Positions 17,767 to 28,555 of a stretch of 64,000 nt of DNA are shown here, piece after piece. Below the pieces are notes generated by a model, which saw only the letters and a list, made by a program, of their open reading frames with translations, was not told where the DNA came from and made no database searches. The position numbers and the translations under genes are program-made. The stretch lies in IMG/VR virus record IMGVR_UViG_3300025626_002025; one strand, written 5' to 3'. This stretch comes from a virus. Within the stretch, counting starts at the first letter, position 1; the number at the start of each line of letters is the position of its first letter.

Positions 17767-18963
17767 TCATTTACATAAAATATTTTTTATCTTCTGTACA
17801 TCTTTACTTTCTAAATTTACAAGTGTTTTAATTATTTCATGATTTTTTTCAAATCGTAATCTATTATCTACATAAAACTTAGATATTTGGTTTTTCATTT
17901 TATACAATCTTTTAATTTCATCAAATATCATACTATATCTCTGTTGATAATCTGATTCTAAATCATAATCATGGTTTATAAAATCACGAAACACATCTAA
18001 TCCATAATGTTCTTCTATAAACTTAACATGGTTTGAATTAGCAAAAAATAATGGTAATTGAAAATAATAAAATGGTATAAGTGTTTTTTCTGTAATATGC
18101 ATATGCATATTATCAAACTCATCGAACTTAGATTCATTTACTATGTTTATATATGAAAATTTATATGGATTTTTATCATAATAAATATTGTAATCTATTA
18201 CACCATTTTCATTTTCAAATTCATAACCCATTTCAAATTCACTTTTTTTAGGACAGATGGAAACTAATTTTTCATAAAATGACTCAATTGATTTAAATGT
18301 ATTACCAGTTATCCGTTCATACTTTGTGCGTAATATACCATCATCTGTTCTTTCTACGGCATCTAAATAATCTGGTCTTCTTAAATGAGACCAATCGATT
18401 TCATCCACCATTCCATGTTTTAATAAATCAACAATAACACAAGTTCTATATGCATTTACTGCTCTATTATAACATTGAAATATTTTTTTCTTAGAATCAT
18501 TATCAAAAATTGGGTCTTGGTTACTTATTACACACTTAGCACTTTCCCATAAAATCCGTTCTAGTGATTCTACCTGTATCTTATTATCATTTGTATATAA
18601 CTTACCATTCCACCTATTATTGTTTATTAAAACACTATTATTTAAATCACCATCACCATCAATAATAAACGATTCAAGTATATCTATGGAATTATTAAGA
18701 CCCGATTCATTATCAGATACATATAATATTTTAATATCATATTCTTTTTGTTTTTTCCATATAAGTTTATCGTATTCTGATAAACAAGTTTTCATATCTT
18801 GCCATACATGACCTTGAAAATATTTTACATAAACATATTTTTCATTTGTAGATAGGTTATCAATGGAAGTTAAATTAGTATAGTCAATACCATAGGTATT
18901 TTTAAAATCTAACAATCTTTCGAAGAACCAAGAATCTTCTCTTATGTAAAGTAATTTTCTCAC
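17767..18963 (-). CDS. Putative glycosyltransferase (GT10-like), paralog 2
   Basis: INIVNES...HITEKTLIPF...PLF...GLDVFRDFINHDYD. Confidence 0.6.
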   Translation of the reverse strand: MRKLLYIREDSWFFERLLDFKNTYGIDYTNLTSIDNLSTNEKYVYVKYFQGHVWQDMKTCLSEYDKLIWKKQKEYDIKILYVSDNESGLNNSIDILESFIIDGDGDLNNSVLINNNRWNGKLYTNDNKIQVESLERILWESAKCVISNQDPIFDNDSKKKIFQCYNRAVNAYRTCVIVDLLKHGMVDEIDWSHLRRPDYLDAVERTDDGILRTKYERITGNTFKSIESFYEKLVSICPKKSEFEMGYEFENENGVIDYNIYYDKNPYKFSYINIVNESKFDEFDNMHMHITEKTLIPFYYFQLPLFFANSNHVKFIEEHYGLDVFRDFINHDYDLESDYQQRYSMIFDEIKRLYKMKNQISKFYVDNRLRFEKNHEIIKTLVNLESKDVQKIKNILCK

Positions 18964-19970
18964 TATCTATTTAAAAATCTTCTACCTTTTTTAATTTCAT
19001 TTCTCCAATACTCTAAAAGGTCATTCATAGTTTCTTCGAAGGTGTATTTTGGTTTCCATCCTGTATGTTTTCTAAACTTTTCTGTATTTGGTACTTGTAA
19101 ATCGGCATCAATAGGTCTTAACCTGTCTTCATCAACCTCTACTTTAATATTTTTAACAGTTGATTGTGAAATTAAGTAGTTTAACATATCTCCAATCTTA
19201 CAAGTATATTCACCACCAATATTGTAGTACTCTCCACCAATTGGATTTTCAGTTACCAATAAAAAATAGGCTTCTACTGCATCTCTAACATCTGCATACG
19301 TTCTAAGTGAATCTAAGTTACCAACATATATTGTAGGTTCTTGTAACCCACCTTCAATCATTGCTATTTGTTTTGCAAAAGTAGATTCTGAGAACACATC
19401 TCCTCTTCTCGGACCTGTATGTGTAAACATTCGTGTAGTCATTATTTTAATATCAAACGCTTCTGCATAATACCTACCCAACAAATCCGTTCCTACTTTT
19501 GAAATTGCATATGGGGATGCTGGATGTACTGAACACTCCTCATCTATTGGTAATTTCTCTTTTGGTACTTTTCCAAATATTTCAGATGATGCACATACAT
19601 GGACTACAATATTATCGTTTCCATAATTACCAATTGATTCTAAAAGATTTGCAGTTCCTATGATATTTGTTTGTAAAGTTTCAAGTGGGGCTCTAAATGA
19701 TGTTTTTGGGTACGATTGAGCGGCTAAATGAAATACATAATCAGGTTCAGATTCATTAATAGCGGATTGTACTGATGGCAAGTCATTTAAATCACCATTG
19801 ATAAGAAATATTCTATCTTTTTTGTTAATTCTATCAAAATGATGTTCCAAATTATCTAATCTATCATTCCATCTGATAAATCCATAGATATTCCATTCAG
19901 TATTCTCAATAAGGTAATCTACCAAATGAGAACCAACCATTCCTGTTATTCCTGTTATTAGTGCATTCAT
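18963..19970 (-). CDS. gmd: GDP-mannose 4,6-dehydratase
   Basis: LITGITGMVGSHL, HLAAQSY, ASSEIFG, SPYAISK, GNLDSLR, RLRPID. Confidence 0.88.
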   Translation of the reverse strand: MNALITGITGMVGSHLVDYLIENTEWNIYGFIRWNDRLDNLEHHFDRINKKDRIFLINGDLNDLPSVQSAINESEPDYVFHLAAQSYPKTSFRAPLETLQTNIIGTANLLESIGNYGNDNIVVHVCASSEIFGKVPKEKLPIDEECSVHPASPYAISKVGTDLLGRYYAEAFDIKIMTTRMFTHTGPRRGDVFSESTFAKQIAMIEGGLQEPTIYVGNLDSLRTYADVRDAVEAYFLLVTENPIGGEYYNIGGEYTCKIGDMLNYLISQSTVKNIKVEVDEDRLRPIDADLQVPNTEKFRKHTGWKPKYTFEETMNDLLEYWRNEIKKGRRFLNR

Positions 19971-20923
19971 TTATTTCTCTTAAACCATTCAATTGTTTCT
20001 TCTATACCTTTTTCAAAGGAGTAACTTGGTGTAAATCCAAGATTATTTATTTTTTCAGTATCTACCATTCTAAATGGTATGGTTGTTGGTTTGGAATTAT
20101 CCCAAACTATCTCTGGTGTAAGACCAGATACCTTCTGAATTGTGTTTACTATATCTCCTATTGTAATTGGAGCTCCATATCCAACATTATACGGTTCCAT
20201 TGGATTACCATGTTCGATTATTGTTAATGCACCCTTAATCACATCCTTAACATACAAGAAATCTCTTACAACATCAGGTGAACCCCAAGCAGTGAATGGA
20301 TTTTCTCCACCTAACATACGATTTATAATTGCAGGTATCACATGACAAGTTTTTACATTAAAGTTATCGTTTGGTCCAAATATTGCCGAACCTCTACCTA
20401 AGAATATCTTTAATTTAGAGAAGTTTGAAGTATGTTCCATCAATTTTTCTCTATATCTTCTCATCCAACCATAACCAAAGTACGCAATGTAAGGTTCTTC
20501 ATCCCAAAACTCATCTTCCTTCACAGGATATCTTCTATCGGGATAACCAGTTGATGAATTTAGGTCAAAAAACGAATCTACTTCATTCCTAGCACACGCA
20601 TCAAGTACATTTCCAAGTAAGGTGATGTTTCCAAGCGAACCTTGTATATCAGTTCGTACTGAACCAGGATGTAAAACATGACCTGCACAATGAATTACCA
20701 AATCTGAACCTTTTGTTAATTTGATTGCATCATCAATATTATTCAAATCAATGTTTTCTAGTATTGTTATATCTTTTTGTATCTCTTCACTAACTTGTAG
20801 TGGTGAATTGTAAGTGTGAGTAGTAATATCTGCACCCAACTTATGTAGTTCGTTGATAAAGTGTGTTGCAAGGAAACCTGCTCCACCTGTAATCACTACA
20901 TTTTTATTTTTAAAGTAACTCAT
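19967..20923 (-). CDS. GDP-L-fucose synthase-like epimerase/reductase
   Basis: TGGAGFLA, SSTGYP, YGWMRR, GPNDNF...HVIPA, WG...RDFLYV.D; adjacent to gmd. Confidence 0.85.
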   Translation of the reverse strand: MSYFKNKNVVITGGAGFLATHFINELHKLGADITTHTYNSPLQVSEEIQKDITILENIDLNNIDDAIKLTKGSDLVIHCAGHVLHPGSVRTDIQGSLGNITLLGNVLDACARNEVDSFFDLNSSTGYPDRRYPVKEDEFWDEEPYIAYFGYGWMRRYREKLMEHTSNFSKLKIFLGRGSAIFGPNDNFNVKTCHVIPAIINRMLGGENPFTAWGSPDVVRDFLYVKDVIKGALTIIEHGNPMEPYNVGYGAPITIGDIVNTIQKVSGLTPEIVWDNSKPTTIPFRMVDTEKINNLGFTPSYSFEKGIEETIEWFKRNK

Positions 20924-20924
20924 A

Positions 20925-21668
20925 TTAATAATTTATATTGTTTATACCTTGTTTCATTAGTGTTTTTAAGTATTTGTATTGAATCTTTGGTTGATGTAAT
21001 CCAATTGGGTCATTATAGTATAAGTCTTCAACAGCAAATCTTTGTGCAACCTCAATTGGTGCAATCTCCTTATTGTCTAAATATTTGATAAAATAAATAT
21101 CCTCTTTAAAATACGAATCATTCGGATGTGTTTCAATGATATCAATCATTCTATTTTTGTTTCGTATAGATAGACCACCATTTCCTACATACTTTTCTTC
21201 TTTTGGTTTTAACCATGGTGCACCTACATAAGAATAATCCAAAAATTCATCAATACCTGATTTAATTAATATTGCATCTGTTTGGAATATTAAAATATTA
21301 TCAGATGTTATCATTTTCCAAAAATCAGTTGTTCTTAATAGGTTATCGTAATCATTTACTATCATATAATCATAATCTACATGATGTAGTTCTACATTAT
21401 CAATACCATCAACTATTTTTTTACAATATTCTTCATTTAGATTACCATGAAATAATTCCAATTTCCATTTTTTATTAGAATCTGATTCATTTAGAAAATA
21501 CATTGTGTTTTTTATAACAGTTTCTAAATGTGGATGTTCACGAGTTTCCAGTATAACAGCAGAATAGTTATCATCATATGATTTTATTTTATAATCACTT
21601 AACTTCTCTCTAAATAATTCTATATGAGTGTTCCATATGTTTTTATGTTCATTTGTTTGTATTCCCAT
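20925..21668 (-). CDS. DUF5672-like putative glycosyltransferase
   Basis: ILIFQTD, FLDYSYVGAPW, VGNGGLSIR, EDIYF, A.RFAVE, GLH. Confidence 0.8.
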   Translation of the reverse strand: MGIQTNEHKNIWNTHIELFREKLSDYKIKSYDDNYSAVILETREHPHLETVIKNTMYFLNESDSNKKWKLELFHGNLNEEYCKKIVDGIDNVELHHVDYDYMIVNDYDNLLRTTDFWKMITSDNILIFQTDAILIKSGIDEFLDYSYVGAPWLKPKEEKYVGNGGLSIRNKNRMIDIIETHPNDSYFKEDIYFIKYLDNKEIAPIEVAQRFAVEDLYYNDPIGLHQPKIQYKYLKTLMKQGINNINY

Positions 21669-22279
21669 TATAGTAATTTTTGTATTTCATTAAACATAAA
21701 GTCTGATATGATTTTGTATCCATTTAAGTTTGGATGATAGTCTCCCTCATAGTAGTTTTTCTCATCATTCCAAACAGATTTACTTCCATACTCCCAAACA
21801 CTAGTTCCCTTTTCTAATTCTTCTACTTGTAAGATGTAAGATAATGTTCCCTTTGGATTAATATAATTTTTTGGTAATTTAATAGATGTAGTATCATCTA
21901 ATAATGGATAAAACCCATTAAAATAAAATCTATTATATCCAATCAACGTATCTTCAAATTTTTTGTATAACTCAATTGGTGATAATCTATTATGCTTTTT
22001 GTATCGAAACGGATATGTAAAAACTACGATTATAATATCATCTTTGTGTAAAAACTCTTTACATGATTCAATCTTATTAAGAATAAATTCATTTCCAAAT
22101 CCACAATATCCCATATTAATATAAGGTATCCCCAACCTCTCGGATAACCACCTTGGCCAAGAGTTTTGTTCTCTCAGTTTTTGTATAAATTCAGGTGGTG
22201 TTGCATTTTCTTTATATGTAGAATTAGTTTCCACACCATGTCCAGCTGTCCAACTATCACCAAATGCAACTAATCTCAT
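21668..22279 (-). CDS. SGNH/GDSL hydrolase or O-acyltransferase
   Basis: FGDSWTAG block I and DYHPN block V. Confidence 0.85.
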   Translation of the reverse strand: MRLVAFGDSWTAGHGVETNSTYKENATPPEFIQKLREQNSWPRWLSERLGIPYINMGYCGFGNEFILNKIESCKEFLHKDDIIIVVFTYPFRYKKHNRLSPIELYKKFEDTLIGYNRFYFNGFYPLLDDTTSIKLPKNYINPKGTLSYILQVEELEKGTSVWEYGSKSVWNDEKNYYEGDYHPNLNGYKIISDFMFNEIQKLL

Positions 22280-23634
22280 ATAATAGGAGTATTGTGTATA
22301 TTTTGTTTATACTCGTTCATTGTGTTTTTAAAAAATTGAATATCTTTAATTTTATGCTTCCTTGCAGCTTTTATTAGTATTTCTCTGTTTTTATAAAACC
22401 TATCCTTATAACTTGAATAATTTTTTATAAATTCTGTCTTAATTTTTTCAATTCTATCTAATTCTTTACAAATTGCTTTAAACCGCAATCCATCATCTTT
22501 TATTAAGTCATATGAGTGGTCTATAATATCATCAAATAAATCTAATCCCATCTTTCTTAATTCATTCACATGATTTGGTGATGCAAAAAATATAGGATAT
22601 TGATAATAATAGAAAGGTCTATATGATTTTTCTGTAATATGTACAACTTCAGTAGATGAATTAAATTCAGATTCAGTAACCACATTCATATAAGAATTAG
22701 AAAATGCTTCATGTAACTCAGGTACTAGATATATTGGAGCAAGGTCTTTATGAATAAACTCTCCTCCCTCACCTATCCAATTTTTACCAGCTTCATAATC
22801 ATCTTCTTTGTAAAATTCCCTAAGTTCAAATATTTCTCTAGCATTATCTATTATAAACTGTGTTTCGAAGAATGGTTTTAGTTTTCTCACCAAATCTCCA
22901 TAATATACGTTTCCTATACAAGAATAGTTAGTATTTTCTTCTAAATCTTTATTAGCTCTAAGAAACGCTATTAAACCCATTCTATGTGGTTTAGCTCCTT
23001 TGTTTCTACACATGAAAAATTTACCAGTTTTTTCTTCATTAAACTCAAATTCATATGCGTTAAAGTCATCATTTTTAAATGCCATTACTTGGTAGGATGA
23101 CCATTGTAGAAAATTAAGTTTGTAAACTTTTGCTTTCGTATTAAAGTTATGTATTTTTTTTATTTTTTCAAGATTCTCATTTATATTACTATCATTATTA
23201 CAAATAATTACTTTATGGTCTATTCCAAGTCTGTTTAATTTATCAATCATCAAACCCAATCCACCTATCCTATCGGCCTCATGTTCTCGTAAATAGACTA
23301 AGTAAAAGTTTATATTTGTTTTTAATCGTTTAATAATCTGAGCAGATAATCCTAAATTAGGCAAATCACATAAATCATGATATGCTAATCCAGGATGCGA
23401 AACCATATAAAAATAAAGGTCAGTTGGATTTATTAGAATATTTTTTAAAGGATGCTTTAATACATTAAACTTCTCACCATCACCTAAATAATCAAAATCA
23501 TTTTCGCTATCATTTAGATATGACGAGAAAAAATTACTTGAATCAAACCATTTATTACTATTCCCATTTTTAGAACAATTTGCAAGTGGATATCCATCAT
23601 CCGAAAAATCATTATAAACAAAATTTACATTCAT
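22276..23634 (-). CDS. Putative glycosyltransferase (GT10-like), paralog 3
   Basis: KPHR, NVVTES...HITEKSYRPF...GLDLFDDIIDHSYD. Confidence 0.6.
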   Translation of the reverse strand: MNVNFVYNDFSDDGYPLANCSKNGNSNKWFDSSNFFSSYLNDSENDFDYLGDGEKFNVLKHPLKNILINPTDLYFYMVSHPGLAYHDLCDLPNLGLSAQIIKRLKTNINFYLVYLREHEADRIGGLGLMIDKLNRLGIDHKVIICNNDSNINENLEKIKKIHNFNTKAKVYKLNFLQWSSYQVMAFKNDDFNAYEFEFNEEKTGKFFMCRNKGAKPHRMGLIAFLRANKDLEENTNYSCIGNVYYGDLVRKLKPFFETQFIIDNAREIFELREFYKEDDYEAGKNWIGEGGEFIHKDLAPIYLVPELHEAFSNSYMNVVTESEFNSSTEVVHITEKSYRPFYYYQYPIFFASPNHVNELRKMGLDLFDDIIDHSYDLIKDDGLRFKAICKELDRIEKIKTEFIKNYSSYKDRFYKNREILIKAARKHKIKDIQFFKNTMNEYKQNIHNTPII

Positions 23635-24956
23635 ATTAAATTTGATTTTTGATTTATTTTAACAAAGTGGTCATATACTGATTGAAATGCATATGATATA
23701 TTTTTAGTTGTATTAATTTTTATTTGATTTCTGTTGTGGACTAGTACTTCTTCCATTTCTTTAAACCAACTTAGTTTATCATCTATTGATATTATCTTTT
23801 TTAAATTATCTATAATTTTTTCAAATCGTTCACAGTCTGATGATGCATCATATGATTCATCAATCCACTTATCAAAAGTTTTATATCCAAGTTTTTTTAA
23901 TTCAGTTAATGAGTTTTTATTACCCAATACCATAAATGGATGAGAACACATCATAACCTTGAATATTTTTTCACTTAAAAATATAGTGTTCTGTGTATCT
24001 TCATATTGTGCCTCACTAATTACGGAAAAGTAACTATCTAGGCAAACCTTATCATTAAATCTAGTTACATAGTAATTAGGGTCATGTGCTTCGTTTGATT
24101 TATCATAGATTAAACTTGGAAGTGTTTCTTTAATTTTTTCCGTTTCTGAATGTGATAATTGATAATCACAAAATTCAACAGATTCATGAAAAGTATTCAT
24201 ACTAACAAGACCATCTTTTAATAAATTATTTCTATGAAGTAGTGAATAAAAATTTATTCTATGTCTTCTTGGTTTTTTATTCAAGTTACAAAAACTAACA
24301 ATATCATTATTGTTCTTATATTTGATATGGTCATCAAATGTTGGAGGAAAGTTTTTATTTCCAGGTGGTAAATCATTTGAAAGTAAATAAGTATCAAACT
24401 CAAAATGAGAGTAGGGTACTACTTTAATGTGCTTGGGATGTGGATTATTTATTAACCAATTCTCATAACAAGTTTCTACTATTGAATTACCCGTAACGAA
24501 TATTATATGAGTTGGATTTATTTTTCGTTCTTTACATTCTTTATGAAAAAATTCAAATATCCAATCATCATGATAACCTTCAAAAGAACTATCAACTAAT
24601 AGTAGTGCCTTTTCGTTTTTTAAATCAGTTAAATAATCATCATCTAGTAAATCAAATAAAGATTCATAATTATCATGATTTGATGAACCACCACCTCCCC
24701 AATTATGTGGGTCATTATGAACACCAAGTGGTATTATATATTTTTCTGGTTTTGAATCTTTTGTAAAAGTATTTACTTTGAATAAATTGTGATTTATATT
24801 TCCACTAGAAATTCTCATAGCATTAAAAATAGGTGCAAGGGTAAACCTATTACCACCCAAGCTATTTTTAAATGTACCACCATCCATTACAATGTGATTT
24901 TCAGTATCACTTATAACAAAGTTCATATTAGTTTGGATTGTATTCGCCATCTTCAA
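23631..24956 (-). CDS. Putative glycosyltransferase (GT10-like), paralog 4
   Basis: NKKPRRHR, SVISEA...FLSEKIFK...HPF...GYKTFDKWIDESYD. Confidence 0.6.
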   Translation of the reverse strand: MKMANTIQTNMNFVISDTENHIVMDGGTFKNSLGGNRFTLAPIFNAMRISSGNINHNLFKVNTFTKDSKPEKYIIPLGVHNDPHNWGGGGSSNHDNYESLFDLLDDDYLTDLKNEKALLLVDSSFEGYHDDWIFEFFHKECKERKINPTHIIFVTGNSIVETCYENWLINNPHPKHIKVVPYSHFEFDTYLLSNDLPPGNKNFPPTFDDHIKYKNNNDIVSFCNLNKKPRRHRINFYSLLHRNNLLKDGLVSMNTFHESVEFCDYQLSHSETEKIKETLPSLIYDKSNEAHDPNYYVTRFNDKVCLDSYFSVISEAQYEDTQNTIFLSEKIFKVMMCSHPFMVLGNKNSLTELKKLGYKTFDKWIDESYDASSDCERFEKIIDNLKKIISIDDKLSWFKEMEEVLVHNRNQIKINTTKNISYAFQSVYDHFVKINQKSNLI

Positions 24957-26385
24957 AATGTGTTATATCACCCGGTCTTATTTCTACATCTGGTATTGTT
25001 TTATCAACATCTATGTTTTGATACCAAACAGCAAGTTCTGGAAACGTTTTACAAAAATCCTTTCCTCTTCTTTTATCATATTGTTCGTAGAATGATTTGA
25101 AATCATGAAATTGAATTTCATCCTCTCCCTCAGTAGTAACATGACCCGTTTTAACAACTTCTATATAATCAATTAATCTTTCTATCTGTGCAATTTCTCC
25201 TTCACTAAATAATTCATAGAAATCACTTTGTTTCTTTTGTACCTCAAACCAATTATTTAGTTTTTTGTGTAAAAACATTTTTACATCATTGGGTAACGCT
25301 AATGGTGACATAAATGCTGGCCATCTGAGTATATTAAAATCCACATTAGGTCTATTAGAACCATACTTCTTTTTTAATACAATCATATCATCTAAAAATT
25401 CAGTAATAGAAAATAAACATAATGAATTAATTGTCATCATGACTGTTAGTGAACGAAATATTTTTTGATTTACTCCTTCAAGAAAGGCAACCATATGACT
25501 TCTCCATTCAGGATAAATTAAACCATCTCTAATATATTCAGCATGAGGACCAAATGATTCGTTTGATGTATATAAATCAAACTCCTTAATTGGTAACTCA
25601 TACGATGCATCGATTAATCGTTGAATTCTTTTAAAATTACCACCAAGATTTGAATTTACAGCAAATCTAAGTTTATCAGATTTATGTCCTTTCATCTTTT
25701 CTAAGAAACTCCAAAAGTTTGGAGATGCACATGGTTCACCACCTGTAATTCTTATTTCTTCTAATCCACCTTCAATTAAATCAGGCCACCATTTTAAAAA
25801 TGCTTCTACATAAGGATTTTGGTCATTATATTTACCATTTGCATCTGCCCAAGAACCATTGTTTTGATATGCACCAGCTGATACTGATTTAAACTTTTGA
25901 TATGGTCCAAATTTATCAATATCCTTACCCCAAGTTGTAGAGTAACCAGCATTACAATATGAACATCCAAAATTACAAGTTCTATCAAAAGAAGCTTCAA
26001 TTGTTTTTGGTATAATATCAGCATCCCATGGTACATCTTTAATTGCAGCGATATCTTCTTCTTTATAAATCTTAGATTTGTAAATTCTATCTGCTATATT
26101 ATCTCTACCAATATCTTCAATCTTCCAACAATAAGAACACTCAGCAGGTCGTTTACCTTCTAACATCATCTTTCTTTGTTTTTTAGAAAAATCAGTATTA
26201 TGTAATTCAGATGGTCTATCTTTTAATTTATCTACATCAATTGGATGAGGTAGTGGTAAGTGACATGAGTTTTTAAAACCATGCCCCAGATGCAATGATA
26301 CATTGTACCATTTTGCTGCACAAAAACTTGGTGATATACTATTGAGATTATCATCTCTCCATTTTCTTAAATTTTCTGTTGACAT
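24928..26385 (-). CDS. Radical SAM protein with N-terminal twitch/SPASM-like Cys cluster
   Basis: FCAAKW...SCH...ECSYCW..E; CNFGCSYC (CxxxCxxC); ITGGEP. Confidence 0.92.
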   Translation of the reverse strand: MSTENLRKWRDDNLNSISPSFCAAKWYNVSLHLGHGFKNSCHLPLPHPIDVDKLKDRPSELHNTDFSKKQRKMMLEGKRPAECSYCWKIEDIGRDNIADRIYKSKIYKEEDIAAIKDVPWDADIIPKTIEASFDRTCNFGCSYCNAGYSTTWGKDIDKFGPYQKFKSVSAGAYQNNGSWADANGKYNDQNPYVEAFLKWWPDLIEGGLEEIRITGGEPCASPNFWSFLEKMKGHKSDKLRFAVNSNLGGNFKRIQRLIDASYELPIKEFDLYTSNESFGPHAEYIRDGLIYPEWRSHMVAFLEGVNQKIFRSLTVMMTINSLCLFSITEFLDDMIVLKKKYGSNRPNVDFNILRWPAFMSPLALPNDVKMFLHKKLNNWFEVQKKQSDFYELFSEGEIAQIERLIDYIEVVKTGHVTTEGEDEIQFHDFKSFYEQYDKRRGKDFCKTFPELAVWYQNIDVDKTIPDVEIRPGDITHFEDGEYNPN

Positions 26386-26393
26386 ATGTTATA

Positions 26394-27140
26394 TTATTTT
26401 ATAAATTCTGTTGGTACTTTTTCCACAAAGTATGTATTTTTTGAATTATCATATATAATTCCTTGATTATTTACTGTATTAAAGTCATAGTTAAATATTA
26501 CTTTATTATATTCATCGATTTTGTTTAAGTTATTGATATCAGTTTTATATATTTTTTTAATTGTTTCTATATCTGTAATATCTTCTACAAAGAGTAAATT
26601 ATCTATATCTACTGAACCATGGTAACGATGCTCAGGTACTTCAGTACCAGGATTACCAGTTCCTAGATACAATCCTTCTGTTCTATAATCATCTATTAGA
26701 TTTTTATCGAAATCAATTTCACCTACTTTTTCAAAGTTTTTATAAATTATAAACTCATCATTTTTTCTAACTATGGTAATTACAATACCATTTGAAATTT
26801 CATCATAATTTACTCCATGAAATGGTAGATAATGAAACTCATCATCTGCAACTTTAGTTGTTGCTTCCGTCCAAAATTCTAAAGCTAATGTATCCGCTTC
26901 ATGATTATATGTTAAACCAAAGTTTTTACCAGGTTTCCCAAATATACAAAATATATTATCAGATTCTAAATCTTTATCTAATTTAAATTCAATATTAATC
27001 GAGTATTCTAATTGATGAAACAAATTAGATATTTTTTCAGATTCACTTTTATTAAACTCAGTAACGTACTGATGGTCTTTATGTTCATTTAAATCCCATT
27101 CATATTTAATCCAATATGGTTCTTTATAATTTATTATCAT
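26394..27140 (-). CDS. Stand-alone LamG/concanavalin-like beta-sandwich protein
   Basis: Resembles the LamG inserts of the neighbouring GT7 proteins (KPGKNFGLTYN vs RPGYDYGFSYN; LYLG...YHGSVDIDNL; YDF...IYDNSKN). Confidence 0.6.
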   Translation of the reverse strand: MIINYKEPYWIKYEWDLNEHKDHQYVTEFNKSESEKISNLFHQLEYSINIEFKLDKDLESDNIFCIFGKPGKNFGLTYNHEADTLALEFWTEATTKVADDEFHYLPFHGVNYDEISNGIVITIVRKNDEFIIYKNFEKVGEIDFDKNLIDDYRTEGLYLGTGNPGTEVPEHRYHGSVDIDNLLFVEDITDIETIKKIYKTDINNLNKIDEYNKVIFNYDFNTVNNQGIIYDNSKNTYFVEKVPTEFIK

Positions 27141-28555
27141 TTTATATCATTTATAAATTCACTCATTTCAGGATAAGTTTCTTCACAATCCAATCCTCTT
27201 CTTTGTTTATAATCTTTAATGTAATGTTTAAATTTCTTTTTACCCAATGAGAAGTCAACATCAGATTTCGCATCTTCCAAAAACATATCCTTTATTCTTG
27301 TTATTTTTTCAATTTCTTTTAATGTGAATCCACTATCAGTTGGTTCTTGTAATTGATATGAATTTAAACTTCTATATGATGAGAAAAACTTCATATATTT
27401 TTCTAATTTTTCAAAATACGAAATATCTAAATATCCTTTTAATAATCTAAAACTTAAAAAGTCAGGATATCTTAAATAAGATGTATCTATTATTAGTGGA
27501 GAATTCCAATATCGTTTTGTATTAAAATGTTTAACTTTAAAATCATATATTTTTCTTAAAAGTTTTTCATAACTAAATGGTGAAAATATATTAAAGGTAG
27601 ACATTACAACAATTGTTAATTCAGGTATCTCCGTAAGTATTTTATCTATATTATCAAATAGTTGATTAAAGTTTAATCCAAATCTAATATATTCGGCTTG
27701 GTCTCCAAATGCATCTACTGACGTGTATAATATAAATTCTTTTACTCGTTTCTCCTTAATTATTAATTTAGCTTTTTCTATGAACTTATCTATTAGTTTA
27801 TCTTCTACACAAAGATTACTATTTATAGAAAGTTTTAAATTCTTATTAGGAGTATCTGTTTCTATAATTTCATCCAATACCTTAAATGTATCTTTAGAAA
27901 GTAAAGGTTCTCCTCCTGTTATTCTAAATGTATCCATACTTTTATAAAGTTCTGGCCACCATTTCCAAAAAGCTTCTATGTAAGGATTGTGTTCTGATTT
28001 TTTATAGGGAATCATATCTTCATTCTCTAATGTTTTCAATGAATTAAATCCATCTCCTGTTGAAAACTCTCCATGTTTTCTCATCTCCTCTACCCATTTA
28101 GAAGAATAAGATGGTCCACAATACCCACATTTAAAATTACAAGTATTAGAAAAAGATACCTCTACATACTTTGGTAAAAAATTATCCCTCCATTGAGAAT
28201 CTTTTATTTGTTCAAAAAATGGTTTTGACCAAGATTCCTCTGATTTAAAAATTCTATCTGAGTATGAATTTGAATTATCTTCTACTTTCCAACAATAACC
28301 ACATTCCTTTGGTCGTTTGTTTTCCAACATTTCTTTTCTAGCTTTCTTCTTTTGAGAACTATTATGTAATGCAGTATGGTCTTTTTGTATTTCTCTTAAT
28401 GAAATTTTGTGAGGTGCAGGATGATGACAAGAGTGAGTAGTTCCATCATGTAAATGCATTGTAACTTGTGTCCATTTAGCTAAACAAAACCCACATCCAA
28501 CAGAATCTAACTTCTGTTTCATTTGTTCAAAGTTGTTACCTATAACTTTACTCAT
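27137..28555 (-). CDS. Radical SAM protein with N-terminal twitch/SPASM-like cluster, paralog 2
   Basis: FCLAKW...SCHH...ECGYCW; CNFKCGYC; ITGGEPLL. Confidence 0.92.
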   Translation of the reverse strand: MSKVIGNNFEQMKQKLDSVGCGFCLAKWTQVTMHLHDGTTHSCHHPAPHKISLREIQKDHTALHNSSQKKKARKEMLENKRPKECGYCWKVEDNSNSYSDRIFKSEESWSKPFFEQIKDSQWRDNFLPKYVEVSFSNTCNFKCGYCGPSYSSKWVEEMRKHGEFSTGDGFNSLKTLENEDMIPYKKSEHNPYIEAFWKWWPELYKSMDTFRITGGEPLLSKDTFKVLDEIIETDTPNKNLKLSINSNLCVEDKLIDKFIEKAKLIIKEKRVKEFILYTSVDAFGDQAEYIRFGLNFNQLFDNIDKILTEIPELTIVVMSTFNIFSPFSYEKLLRKIYDFKVKHFNTKRYWNSPLIIDTSYLRYPDFLSFRLLKGYLDISYFEKLEKYMKFFSSYRSLNSYQLQEPTDSGFTLKEIEKITRIKDMFLEDAKSDVDFSLGKKKFKHYIKDYKQRRGLDCEETYPEMSEFINDIK

